From positions 1 to 49,122 of the forward strand of contig DATCFN010000349.1 of the NCBI GenBank assembly GCA_036509475.1: a DNA stretch of 49,122 bases, in the 5' to 3' direction. This document shows positions 38,256 to 46,870 of this stretch, piece by piece; position 1 is the first letter of the stretch; each line of letters begins with the position of its first letter. Under the pieces are notes generated by a model. The model was not told where the DNA came from. It searched no databases and was given only the letters and a program-made list of their open reading frames with translations. Position numbers and translations under genes: made by a program. This DNA is from Rhizomicrobium sp. (lineage in GTDB: Bacteria > Pseudomonadota > Alphaproteobacteria > Micropepsales > Micropepsaceae).

Positions 38256-39749
38256 TTAAACGTCGAAACTAATCCCTTGCGCCAGCGGCAGCGCGTCCGA
38301 ATAATTGATGGTCGCGGTTTGGCGGCGCATATAGGCCTTCCAGCTGTCGGAGCCACTCTCGCGCCCGCCGCCGGTTTCTTTTTCGCCGCCGAACGCACCG
38401 CCGATTTCCGCACCTGATGGGCCGATGTTCACATTGGCAATGCCGCAATCCGAACCGGACGCCGCGATGAAGCGCTCGGCTTCCTGCATGTCGGTCGTGA
38501 AAATGCAGGACGACAGGCCTTGCGGCACCGCATTGTGCCGGGCCAGCGCGTCCTCAAATTTGGAATATTTCATCACATAGAGGATAGGCGCGAAGGTTTC
38601 GTGGCAGACGGTCTTGCTCTGCTCCGGCATTTCCACGATCGCGGGATGAGCATAATGCGCCTGCGGATATTTGTCCGCCAGCGCGCGGCTGCCGCCGCTG
38701 ATCTTGCCGCCTTCGTCTTTCGCCGCATGCAGCGCGCGTTCCATATTTTCGAACGCCGCCTTGTCGATCAGTGGACCGATCAGCGTGCCGGTGTCCAGCG
38801 GATTGCCGATGGGCAGCTTGGCATAGGTGGATTTGAGCGCTGGAACGAGCTTGTCGTAGATAGACTCATGCACGAACAACCGGCGCAATGACGTGCAGCG
38901 TTGGCCCGCGGTGCCGACGGCGGAGAAAGTGATTGCGCGCTGGGCGAGATCGAGCTTTGCCGATGGCGTCACGATCATGGCGTTGTTGCCGCCAAGCTCC
39001 AGAATGCTTTTGCCGAAGCGCGCGGCCACGACCGGCGCCAGTTCACGGCCCATGCGCGTCGAGCCGGTGGCGCTCACGACGGGGATGCGCGCATCTTTTG
39101 CCAACGCCTCGCCCGCATCGCGCAGGCCGAGGATGACCTGGCTGAGATGCGGCGGCGCTTCGCCGAATTTTTTCAACGCGCGTTCGAATAGCGCCTGTGT
39201 CGCGAGCGCCGTCAGCGGCGTTTTCTCGCTCGGCTTCCACAGCACGGGATTGCCGCAGACCAGCGCCAGAGCCGCATTCCACGCCCACACCGCCACCGGA
39301 AAATTGAACGCCGAGATCACGGCGACCGGGCCAGCCGGATGCCATGTTTCCATCATGCGATGGCCGGGCCGTTCCGACGCGATGGTCAGGCCGTAAAGCT
39401 GGCGCGAAAGACCCACCGCGAAATCACAGATGTCGATCATCTCCTGCACTTCGCCAAGACCTTCCTGCACGATCTTGCCAGCTTCCAGCGAGACGAGACG
39501 GCCCAACGCTTCCTTGTTGGCGCGCAACTCCTCGCCGAGCAGCCGTACCAACTCGCCACGCCTGGGGGCCGGAACATTGCGCCATGCCTGGAAGGCTTCG
39601 ACGCTGCCGGCGATCTTCTTCTGGATCGAAGCCGCGTCGTCATAAGCCACGCGACCGATTTCCGCGCCGTCGATGGGGGAGTGAACAGCGTAGTCGCCAT
39701 GCGCCGCCGCGACACCCAGCGCGGACAGCAATTCTTTTGTATTCGTCAT
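38256..39749 (-). CDS. Aldehyde dehydrogenase, ALDH7/AmaB type (alpha-aminoadipate semialdehyde / P6C dehydrogenase)
   Basis: GEVQEMIDICDFAVGLSRQLYG, SAFNFPVAVW, LELGGNNA, GTAGQRCT, GAEIGGAFGGEKETGGGRESGSD. Confidence 0.93.
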   Translation of the reverse strand: MTNTKELLSALGVAAAHGDYAVHSPIDGAEIGRVAYDDAASIQKKIAGSVEAFQAWRNVPAPRRGELVRLLGEELRANKEALGRLVSLEAGKIVQEGLGEVQEMIDICDFAVGLSRQLYGLTIASERPGHRMMETWHPAGPVAVISAFNFPVAVWAWNAALALVCGNPVLWKPSEKTPLTALATQALFERALKKFGEAPPHLSQVILGLRDAGEALAKDARIPVVSATGSTRMGRELAPVVAARFGKSILELGGNNAMIVTPSAKLDLAQRAITFSAVGTAGQRCTSLRRLFVHESIYDKLVPALKSTYAKLPIGNPLDTGTLIGPLIDKAAFENMERALHAAKDEGGKISGGSRALADKYPQAHYAHPAIVEMPEQSKTVCHETFAPILYVMKYSKFEDALARHNAVPQGLSSCIFTTDMQEAERFIAASGSDCGIANVNIGPSGAEIGGAFGGEKETGGGRESGSDSWKAYMRRQTATINYSDALPLAQGISFDV

Positions 39750-39770
39750 TCAGCCCCTTTCGGCGATGCC

Positions 39771-40250
39771 TTACATCGCCACTTTTCGATTCTCACCCAC
39801 ATCGGGGTGTTTTGTCCCGCTGGCCGCTGCGGCCAGCATCTTCACGGTCGTGATCAGTGTACCGGGACTATCCCACAATTCGGCATCGCTGGGCGACACT
39901 TTGAGCACGCGGATATTCGGATCATTCACCGAATCGAACCACGCCTTGGCAAACGGTGACCACAAATCCCTGATCTTGGCGCGGTCGTCCGATACACTCG
40001 CCATGCCCGTCGTCACCACATATTTCTGTCCGCCCGTATCGGCAAATGCCAACGTCACAAGTGGAAAATTTTCGATCTGCTCCACTTTCTCCCGGCGCGC
40101 ATCGGTCAGGAAGTAGATCGCGTGCTCAGCCGGTTTCACCGTCGCCGCCATCGGGCGGGCGCGCTGCGCGGTTCCATCCCAGGTGATCAGCATCGCGGTG
40201 CCGATTTTCTCCATCAAGTTCCAGGCGTGAATAACGTGGTCGTCTTCCAT
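39771..40250 (-). CDS. Pyridoxamine 5'-phosphate oxidase-like / general stress protein (split barrel)
   Basis: RARPM, IYFLT, KVEQI, LWSPFAKAWF..VNDPNI, AELWD; AGGAG RBS. Confidence 0.85.
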   Translation of the reverse strand: MEDDHVIHAWNLMEKIGTAMLITWDGTAQRARPMAATVKPAEHAIYFLTDARREKVEQIENFPLVTLAFADTGGQKYVVTTGMASVSDDRAKIRDLWSPFAKAWFDSVNDPNIRVLKVSPSDAELWDSPGTLITTVKMLAAAASGTKHPDVGENRKVAM

Positions 40251-40306
40251 AGCGGTTCTCCCTAAAGGTTCCTTGGGAGAACGGCTTTGCAACACCCGCG
40301 TTCCTT

Positions 40307-41380
40307 CTACACGTAATACTTGCCGAAGCGGTTGCCCATGAAATCGGAGAATTTCGCGTCTTCCTGACGGACGAAGCCTTTTTCCGGCAGCTTGCCTTCC
40401 ACCAGAAGATCCACCATCGCACAGATGCCGCACGCCGTGGTGATCTGGATGGCGCTCATCAGGCGGCCGGCGACGTCCTGCGCATAGATTTTCTTGGCAT
40501 AGCTTTCCTGCGTCAGGCGGCCTTCGACCCAGCCGTTCACCGTCACGAAGATCAGCACGACGTCCTGATAGGTGATCGGGATCGCCGTTTCGAGCACGTC
40601 CTTGAAGATGTCGCGGCGCGTGCCGAGGTGCAGGTCGCGCACCAGAAGCTTCACGATATCGCGGTGACCAGGATAACGCGCGGTCTTGTAGTTGAGATTG
40701 TCGACCTTGCCTTCCAGCGTCTCGCAAAGCGTGCCGAGGCCGCCAGAGGTGTTGAACGCCTCATATTCGATGCCGTCCAACGTGAACTGTTCGAGCTCTT
40801 CCAGCGCCGGCACTTCGCAACGCACGCCGTCGCGCACCGCTTCGCAAGGGTTGCAATACTCGTTGATGAGGCCATCGGTGGACCAGGTCAGATTGTATTT
40901 CAGCGCGTTGTGCGGAAACACCGGCAGCGCGCCGACACGCATCTGCACGTCGCGCAGCTTCTCGAACTTCTTGGTCAGGTCATGCGCCACGATGGAAATG
41001 AAGCCCGGCGCCAATCCGCATTGTGGAATGAACGCCGTCGACGCGCCGTCCGCCAGTTTCTTGATCGTGCGCGTCGACTCCACGTCCTCGGTGAGGTCGA
41101 GGTAATGCGCGCCGGCACGTTTTGCGCCTTCCGCGATGATCGGCGTCAGCGTGTAAGGTGTTGCCATCAGAACGATGTCATGGCCTTCGACTTCCTTGGC
41201 GAAGTCCTTAGGGTTCTCGATGGTGATTTTGCGCAGTTCGACATTGTCCTTGCGCGGCATGCGCTCAAGGCTGGAGGCATCGCGGTCCGCGACGGTGACG
41301 CTGTAGTCCTTCGTGCCGGTCAGAAATTCGGTGATGGCCACGCCGATCTTGCCGCCGCCCACAAGCATGACTTTCTTCAT
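40307..41380 (-). CDS. Saccharopine dehydrogenase family protein (probable L-lysine 6-dehydrogenase)
   Basis: GGGKIG, HYLDLTEDV, PQCGLAPGFISI, MRVGALP, YNLTWSTDGLINEY, EAFNTSGGLG, YKTARYPGH; same operon as ALDH7. Confidence 0.88.
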   Translation of the reverse strand: MKKVMLVGGGKIGVAITEFLTGTKDYSVTVADRDASSLERMPRKDNVELRKITIENPKDFAKEVEGHDIVLMATPYTLTPIIAEGAKRAGAHYLDLTEDVESTRTIKKLADGASTAFIPQCGLAPGFISIVAHDLTKKFEKLRDVQMRVGALPVFPHNALKYNLTWSTDGLINEYCNPCEAVRDGVRCEVPALEELEQFTLDGIEYEAFNTSGGLGTLCETLEGKVDNLNYKTARYPGHRDIVKLLVRDLHLGTRRDIFKDVLETAIPITYQDVVLIFVTVNGWVEGRLTQESYAKKIYAQDVAGRLMSAIQITTACGICAMVDLLVEGKLPEKGFVRQEDAKFSDFMGNRFGKYYV

Positions 41381-41439
41381 CGCCAAATTCCTTTGTAGAT
41401 CAGCTGCTTGGATACACCCTTCACGAGACGGAAAAGAGA

Positions 41440-41502
41440 CGGCGGAACGCCGTAAAACCGGCTATCTTCCGGCGAATCGCTGGGATTTCCGGCGGAACGC
41501 CA
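41440..41502. promoter_or_regulatory. Three phased 13-bp palindromic operators (putative Lrp/AsnC sites)
   Basis: CGGCG-GAA-CGCCG (41440), CGGCG-AAT-CGCTG (41470), CGGCG-GAA-CGCCA (41490) in the divergent intergenic region. Confidence 0.6.
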
Positions 41503-41521
41503 GCCACGGGTGTGATCGAAT

Positions 41522-41947
41522 ATGCGGGACAGCGACGGCAAACTCATCGCCCTGTTAAAGGCCAATGCGCGGGAGCCTGCGGCATCGCTGGCGCGCAAGC
41601 TCGGCCTTGCGCGTTCGACGGTGCAGGAACGCATCGCGCGGCTGGAACGCGAAAAAATCATCAAGGGCTACACGGTCAAACTGGGCGAGGAAGCCGAGGC
41701 GCGCGCGCTGCGCGCCGTGGTGATGATCAGCGCCGATCCCAAACAGGCCGAAAGGGTCAGCACCGAATTAAAGCGCATGGCCGAAGTGCGCTCGCTCTCC
41801 GCCGTATCGGGCGCCTTCGACATGATGGCGATGGTCGAAGCCGACACGCCCGCCCGCATGGACGCGGCGCTGGATCGTATCGGCAAAGCGCATGGCGTGG
41901 CGCGGACGGTATCGTCGATTGTGCTGTCGGAGAAGTTTTCACGCTGA
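41522..41947 (+). CDS. Lrp/AsnC family transcriptional regulator
   Basis: LIALLKANARE..ASLARKLGLARSTVQERIARLE...IKGYTV HTH; VSGAFD RAM domain. Confidence 0.94.
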   Translation: MRDSDGKLIALLKANAREPAASLARKLGLARSTVQERIARLEREKIIKGYTVKLGEEAEARALRAVVMISADPKQAERVSTELKRMAEVRSLSAVSGAFDMMAMVEADTPARMDAALDRIGKAHGVARTVSSIVLSEKFSR

Positions 41948-41957
41948 GAAGGTCTCG

Positions 41958-42431
41958 ATGAAGCAATTCGCTTTCGCAGCCGTCGCGGTACTGGCGCTTT
42001 GGCCGGGTTGTGCCTCCGCCGAAAGCTGGAACCTGAACATGGGCGATGCGCGCGGCGGGAACGTGTTGTCCGCGATGCCGGATGAACCGGAAAGCGATAC
42101 CGACTTATGGCTCATGTGCCGCAAGGACGGTCGCTTCAGCGTGGGTGTCGGCGCCAATTCCACTCTGGGCAAAGGCAAAGATGAGGCGGTATCCGCGACA
42201 TTATCCAGCGCTGACAAAATCGCGGTGTTAAAAGGCGTGTCCAGAAAAAGCATCAACTTCGAGATGACCGGCGGCAACGAGCTTGCGACAATCGTATCCA
42301 AGGACGATCCACTGTTCGTCGTGATCGCAACCGGCAAACCGATCAAAATGAGCAGCACCAGCAAAACGATGACGTTCGACTCCGGCGACGCACCGAAATT
42401 GTTGGGAAAATTCATCGCTAGCTGCAAGTAG
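41958..42431 (+). CDS. Hypothetical exported protein
   Basis: Signal peptide MKQFAFAAVAVLALWPGCASA; mature region with a Cys pair (LMCR ... FIASCK). Confidence 0.7.
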   Translation: MKQFAFAAVAVLALWPGCASAESWNLNMGDARGGNVLSAMPDEPESDTDLWLMCRKDGRFSVGVGANSTLGKGKDEAVSATLSSADKIAVLKGVSRKSINFEMTGGNELATIVSKDDPLFVVIATGKPIKMSSTSKTMTFDSGDAPKLLGKFIASCK

Positions 42432-42440
42432 GCAGACGCG

Positions 42441-43718
42441 CTAGCTGTGCATCGCCTTCACGGACTGGGCGTGGCCGCGGATCACGAAGCCGGCTTTGAC
42501 GAGCGTGTCATGAATCTCCGCGCCGTGCGCCGCATCGCGCGCCTCGATGGTGAGGCCCAGATCCGCCGACTTCACCGGCATGTCGGTCATCATGCGATTG
42601 TGCGAGACATCGAGGATGTTGCCGCCCGCGTCGCCGACAACGGTCGCGATCTTGGCGAGCCAGCCGGGTTGATCCTCGATCTCCACGACCAGTTGAAGAA
42701 TGCGGCCTTCGCGCATCATCTCGCGCAGGATCACATTGGACAAAAGGCGCATGTCGATATTGCCGCCGGACAGCACGACGCCGACTTTCTTGCCCTTGAA
42801 GACAGCGGGATTTGCGATGATCGCTGCCAGCGCGGCCGCGCCCGCGCCTTCCACGACAGTCTTTTCGATTTCCAAAAGCATCGCGACGGCTTTTTCGATC
42901 TCGTCTTCGCGAACGAGAAAAACATCCGTCACCATATCGCTGACGATGCGCCGTGTGATCTGCCCCGGCTCTTTCACCGCGATGCCTTCGGCGATCGTCT
43001 GGCCGGAACAGGGCAGGCTTGCTTGCTTCACGCTGTCATACATCGAGGGGTAAAGCGCGGTCTGTACGCCATAGATTTCGATATTCGGTTTCAGCGCCTT
43101 GGCGGCAATCGCCATGCCCGAAATCAATCCGCCGCCGCCGATGGGCGCAACGAGCGTATCGACCTCCGGCACGTCTTCCAGCAATTCGACGGCGACAGTG
43201 CCGGTGCCCGCGATGATGAGCGGATCGTCATAGGGATGAATGAAAGTCAGACCCTCTTCTGCCTCGATCCGGCGGGCCAGCGTATAGGATTCCGACAACG
43301 TCTTGCCTTCGAGGATGACGGTCGCACCAAAATTCTTGGTGTGTTTCACTTTGTTGAAAGGCGTGCCTTCCGGCATCACGATGGTCGCGGGAATTTTCAG
43401 GCGCCCCGCATGATAGGCCACGCCCTGGGCGTGATTGCCGGCGCTCATCGCCACGACGCCGCGCCGGCGCTGCTCCGGCGTCAGCGACGTCAGCTTGTTC
43501 AGCGCACCGCGCTCCTTGAACGAGGAGGTGAATTGCAGGTTCTCGAATTTCAGCCAGATGTCACATCCGGCAATCCCCGACAGCGTGCGCGAATAGTGCG
43601 TGGGCGTGCGCTCCACAATGCCGTGGATCACTTTGGCGGCGGCGCGGACATCGTCGATGGTTATGGCGGGGTGACCAGCCGCTGCGGATGCGAGGGGTTT
43701 CGTCGGCGTGCTTGCCAA
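42441..43718 (-). CDS. ilvA: Threonine ammonia-lyase (PLP) with C-terminal ACT domain
   Basis: KFENLQFTSSFKERGA, SAGNHAQG, PIGGGGLISG, TIAEGIAVK, SGGNID, EDQPG ACT; TTG start inferred from GGAG. Confidence 0.9.
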   Translation of the reverse strand: MASTPTKPLASAAAGHPAITIDDVRAAAKVIHGIVERTPTHYSRTLSGIAGCDIWLKFENLQFTSSFKERGALNKLTSLTPEQRRRGVVAMSAGNHAQGVAYHAGRLKIPATIVMPEGTPFNKVKHTKNFGATVILEGKTLSESYTLARRIEAEEGLTFIHPYDDPLIIAGTGTVAVELLEDVPEVDTLVAPIGGGGLISGMAIAAKALKPNIEIYGVQTALYPSMYDSVKQASLPCSGQTIAEGIAVKEPGQITRRIVSDMVTDVFLVREDEIEKAVAMLLEIEKTVVEGAGAAALAAIIANPAVFKGKKVGVVLSGGNIDMRLLSNVILREMMREGRILQLVVEIEDQPGWLAKIATVVGDAGGNILDVSHNRMMTDMPVKSADLGLTIEARDAAHGAEIHDTLVKAGFVIRGHAQSVKAMHS

Positions 43719-43745
43719 TCGCGCGGCTCCCAAATGTGACCTGAC

Positions 43746-43820
43746 TGGTAGCAGCGGACGGATTTGAACCGCCGACCAAGGGATTATGATTCCCCTGCTC
43801 TACCACTGAGCTACGCTGCC
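43746..43820 (-). tRNA. tRNA-Met (CAT), probably elongator
   Basis: GGCAGCGTAGCTCAGTGGTAGAGCAGGGGAATCATAATCCCTTGGTCGGCGGTTCAAATCCGTCCGCTGCTACCA: cloverleaf, CAT anticodon, encoded CCA, no initiator C1:A72 mismatch. Confidence 0.95.
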
Positions 43821-43844
43821 AAAAAAAGCCAGCCAAGGCGGGCG

Positions 43845-43873
43845 GTTTAAGGGCGCGGGGGCAAACCTGTCAA
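43845..43873 (-). promoter_or_regulatory. Sigma70-type promoter of tRNA-Met
   Basis: TTGACA-N17-TTAAAC followed by GC-rich CGCCCGCC. Confidence 0.65.
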
Positions 43874-43918
43874 GGCAACAGGTTGAGGAACGCCGGGCTG
43901 ACCATAATATAAGTCGCC

Positions 43919-44278
43919 ATGCCGAGCGCCCGCGCCCCAAAGCCGCCCAAATACGCCTTCCTGAAGAAGGTCGCGCTGGCGCTGCCCGGCGCGGTCGAAA
44001 TCATCGACCGTCACGGCCATTGGTTCAACATCGGCAAAAAGACCTTCGCGCTCTACGGCATGAACGGAAACCGATGGATCCTGCGCCTGCCCAAGGAGCA
44101 GGTGCGGATGCTGGCCGAGGCCGATCCGGACGTCTTCGCGCCGATGATCAGCGGCGCGCTGCTCTGGGCGTATGTCGACGTGGACAGACTCGATGCCAAG
44201 GCGTTGCGCGGATATATGACAGCGGCATGGCGCCATACGGCGCCGAAGAAGCTGCAAGCCGGGATGAAGGCCGAATAA
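43919..44278 (+). CDS. MmcQ/YjbR-family DNA-binding protein (third copy)
   Basis: KKVALALPGAVE...WFNIGKKTFA...DPDVFAP...AW..TAPKKL. Confidence 0.8.
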   Translation: MPSARAPKPPKYAFLKKVALALPGAVEIIDRHGHWFNIGKKTFALYGMNGNRWILRLPKEQVRMLAEADPDVFAPMISGALLWAYVDVDRLDAKALRGYMTAAWRHTAPKKLQAGMKAE

Positions 44279-44290
44279 GTTTCAGGCACA

Positions 44291-44653
44291 TCATTCTGGC
44301 GAAACCGTCTTCTCATCGAGCCGCGAACCACACTTCGAGCAGTAGTCCGGCACCGGAAACATGTATGGGTTCCGGTTTGTGGTCCCGCATTTGGGACAAA
44401 TCTTCACGGTCTTTATATTGAGGTAGGTGATCAACAGCACCGGTAAGACGGCGAAACCGATGCCTTTGTTTCCTGACGTCAGATACAGGAATGACAGGAA
44501 CGCCGCGCCGATGATGACGGTGAGAACCGGCTGCATCTTTATTCGCAACCGTGCGGGCGCCGTCATAGCAAATGCTATCGAACCGATACCGAGCGCAATC
44601 CATATTCCGGTGAATATCCTGGTGATCGTCTGCGCGTCGAAGTGAAATGACAT
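44291..44653 (-). CDS. Small membrane protein with C-terminal zinc ribbon
   Basis: Three TM segments, then CPKCG...YCSKCG. Confidence 0.7.
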   Translation of the reverse strand: MSFHFDAQTITRIFTGIWIALGIGSIAFAMTAPARLRIKMQPVLTVIIGAAFLSFLYLTSGNKGIGFAVLPVLLITYLNIKTVKICPKCGTTNRNPYMFPVPDYCSKCGSRLDEKTVSPE

Positions 44654-44733
44654 AGCGGATCGTCCAAGGCCCCGCGCGACATTAACCGCAAATCCCAGAC
44701 TTCGACAGCTTCGTCCGCGAGACGGTAATGTCC

Positions 44734-45861
44734 CTACTCCGCCGCCAACGCTGCGGTTTCGTTCTGCGAGATCCAGCCACCGCCGAGGACGCGGCCGTTA
44801 TCATAGAAGACGCAAGCCTGCCCCGGTGCGATGGCGTCTTCGGGGTGGAGCAGTTCGACATCCGCACCATCGTCCTTGGGCGTCACGCGCGCCGCAACGG
44901 GCGGACGCATGGAGCGTGTCTTCACCGCGCAAACGAATGTCTCCGTCTGCGGCACCAGCCAATTCACATCGCGCAGCCGGATCGTGCGTGTGGCAAGCGC
45001 CGAACGCGGGCCGACGACGACGCGCGCGTGTTTCGCATCGAGTTTCAAAACGAATAGCGGCTCGTCATTGCCGGACAGGCCAAGGCCCTTGCGCTGGCCG
45101 ACCGTGAAATTGATGACGCCATCGTGTTGGGCCAGCACGCGGCCGGTCATGTCCACGATCTCGCCGGGCTTCACGGCATCCGGCTTCAGCTTCTGCACGA
45201 CGCCCGCGTAATTGCCGTCCGGCACAAAACAGATGTCCTGGCTGTCCGGCTTGCCGGCGGTGATGAGGCCAAGCTCGGCGGCGAGTTTGCGCACATCAGT
45301 CTTCGGCATCGCACCCAGCGGAAAGCGCACATAGTCCAACTGCGCGCGCCTCGTGCGGAATAGGAAATAGCTCTGGTCGCGCGTGGCATCGGCGGCGACA
45401 TGCAATTCGGGACCGGCCGCGCCATCGACGCGCTTCACATAATGTCCTGTCGCCAGCGCATCCGCACCCAGTTCCTTCGCCGTCTCCAGCAAGTCGGCAA
45501 ATTTTACTTTCTCATTGCATGCCACGCAGGGGATCGGCGTTTCGCCGCGCGCATAGGTGGCGGCAAAATCTTCCATCACGGCTTTTTTGAAACGCGCTTC
45601 GTAGTCCAGAACGTAATGCGGGATACCAAGTGTCTCCGCCACACGCCGCGCGTCGTGAATGTCCTGACCGGCGCAGCACGCGCCTTTCTTCTTGGCGGCG
45701 GCACCCGCATCGTAGAGCTGGAGCGTCATACCGATGACGTCGTACCCCTCGCGCTTGAGCAGCGCCGCGACCACGGAGGAATCCACGCCGCCCGACATGG
45801 CGGCAACCACGCGGGTTTCGCGCGGAGATTTGGCAAATCCGAGGGAGTTAAGGGCGGTCAT
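44734..45861 (-). CDS. mnmA: tRNA 2-thiouridine(34) synthase MnmA
   Basis: [58 protein letters not shown]. Confidence 0.97.
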   Translation of the reverse strand: MTALNSLGFAKSPRETRVVAAMSGGVDSSVVAALLKREGYDVIGMTLQLYDAGAAAKKKGACCAGQDIHDARRVAETLGIPHYVLDYEARFKKAVMEDFAATYARGETPIPCVACNEKVKFADLLETAKELGADALATGHYVKRVDGAAGPELHVAADATRDQSYFLFRTRRAQLDYVRFPLGAMPKTDVRKLAAELGLITAGKPDSQDICFVPDGNYAGVVQKLKPDAVKPGEIVDMTGRVLAQHDGVINFTVGQRKGLGLSGNDEPLFVLKLDAKHARVVVGPRSALATRTIRLRDVNWLVPQTETFVCAVKTRSMRPPVAARVTPKDDGADVELLHPEDAIAPGQACVFYDNGRVLGGGWISQNETAALAAE

Positions 45862-45867
45862 GCGGTG

Positions 45868-45896
45868 CCTATAAGCCCACAAACCCGCACCTTCAA
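45868..45896 (-). promoter_or_regulatory. Sigma70-type promoter, probable leaderless mnmA transcript
   Basis: TTGAAG-N17-TATAGG, then 6 nt to the ATG; no SD sequence. Confidence 0.5.
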
Positions 45897-45901
45897 GCGA
45901 T

Positions 45902-46843
45902 TTACGCGACTGGCGCCGGCAGGTAGTTCAGCAGCGAAATCTGGCCCAGCTGCGAGGTCACCTGAACCGCAGCCTGCAAAGCCACCTGGTTCTGGTTGAG
46001 CTGGGTGATCGCGGTTCCCATGTCCACATTTTCGATGTTGGACATGAAGGTGCTGTAAAGCCCCGACATGGTCGTCTGGTTGGCGCTAGCGTCCTGAAGC
46101 TGGCTGTAAACATTGCCGTTCTGCGCCGCGACATTGTTGACGGTGGTGGCCGCGTTGGTGGCTGTTCCGATCGCCGTCGTCAGCGAAGAGGCTTGTGCCG
46201 TCGTCAGCACCGAGGTGAGCGGTGTCCCCGCGTTCAAATCCGCGATGCTCTTCAGCGTCGCCATCAACTGCGTTCCGACATCGGATGCCAACACACCGGT
46301 CTGCACTGTTTGGCCGTCCGCGACCATGACAGAGCTTGCAACGGTGCCGTTCTGAAAGGCGGCAGACGCCGAAGGCAACGCCGTGAGATCGGACATGTCG
46401 CTCACCGTCAGCGGCGGCTGGGTGTTCTGATCGCCGCCGTAAAGATAATTGCCGTTCGCATCCTTGGTGTTGAGGATCTGTGAGGCCTGATCGAAGATGC
46501 CCTGCGCCGTCGTCATCAACGTCGAGCCGTCATTGTTGCCAACGGCAGTGGTGATAGCGGTGCGAAGCTGATTGGCGAGGTCCGACAGCGAGGACATCTG
46601 ACTGTCCTGCTCGTTCACCTGCGTCAGCGCATTGGTCGTTGCCGTCTGATAGCCCGTGGTGCGGTCGGCGACGGAGCGCGTCGCCTCCAGCACGGCAGTC
46701 TTGTCGCCGATGCCGCCATAGGTGGTGGAGACCTTCCCGCTGGTGACCTGGGCCTGCGTGGTGTCCAGGTTGCTTTCCGCCTGCATGATCTGCGACAGCA
46801 GGTACTGGCTCTGCGAATTGGTGGCTACGCGGTCGATCGTCAT
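45902..46843 (-). CDS. flgL: Flagellar hook-associated protein 3 (flagellin-like)
   Basis: [39 protein letters not shown]; directly downstream of flgK. Confidence 0.85.
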   Translation of the reverse strand: MTIDRVATNSQSQYLLSQIMQAESNLDTTQAQVTSGKVSTTYGGIGDKTAVLEATRSVADRTTGYQTATTNALTQVNEQDSQMSSLSDLANQLRTAITTAVGNNDGSTLMTTAQGIFDQASQILNTKDANGNYLYGGDQNTQPPLTVSDMSDLTALPSASAAFQNGTVASSVMVADGQTVQTGVLASDVGTQLMATLKSIADLNAGTPLTSVLTTAQASSLTTAIGTATNAATTVNNVAAQNGNVYSQLQDASANQTTMSGLYSTFMSNIENVDMGTAITQLNQNQVALQAAVQVTSQLGQISLLNYLPAPVA

Positions 46844-46870
46844 CGGTCTATTCCTGCCTGGGTGCCGTCA

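Noticed and set aside
43746-44653. tRNA-Met as an island integration site
   Set aside because: No integrase and no duplicated tRNA 3' end seen; the flanks are ordinary genes.
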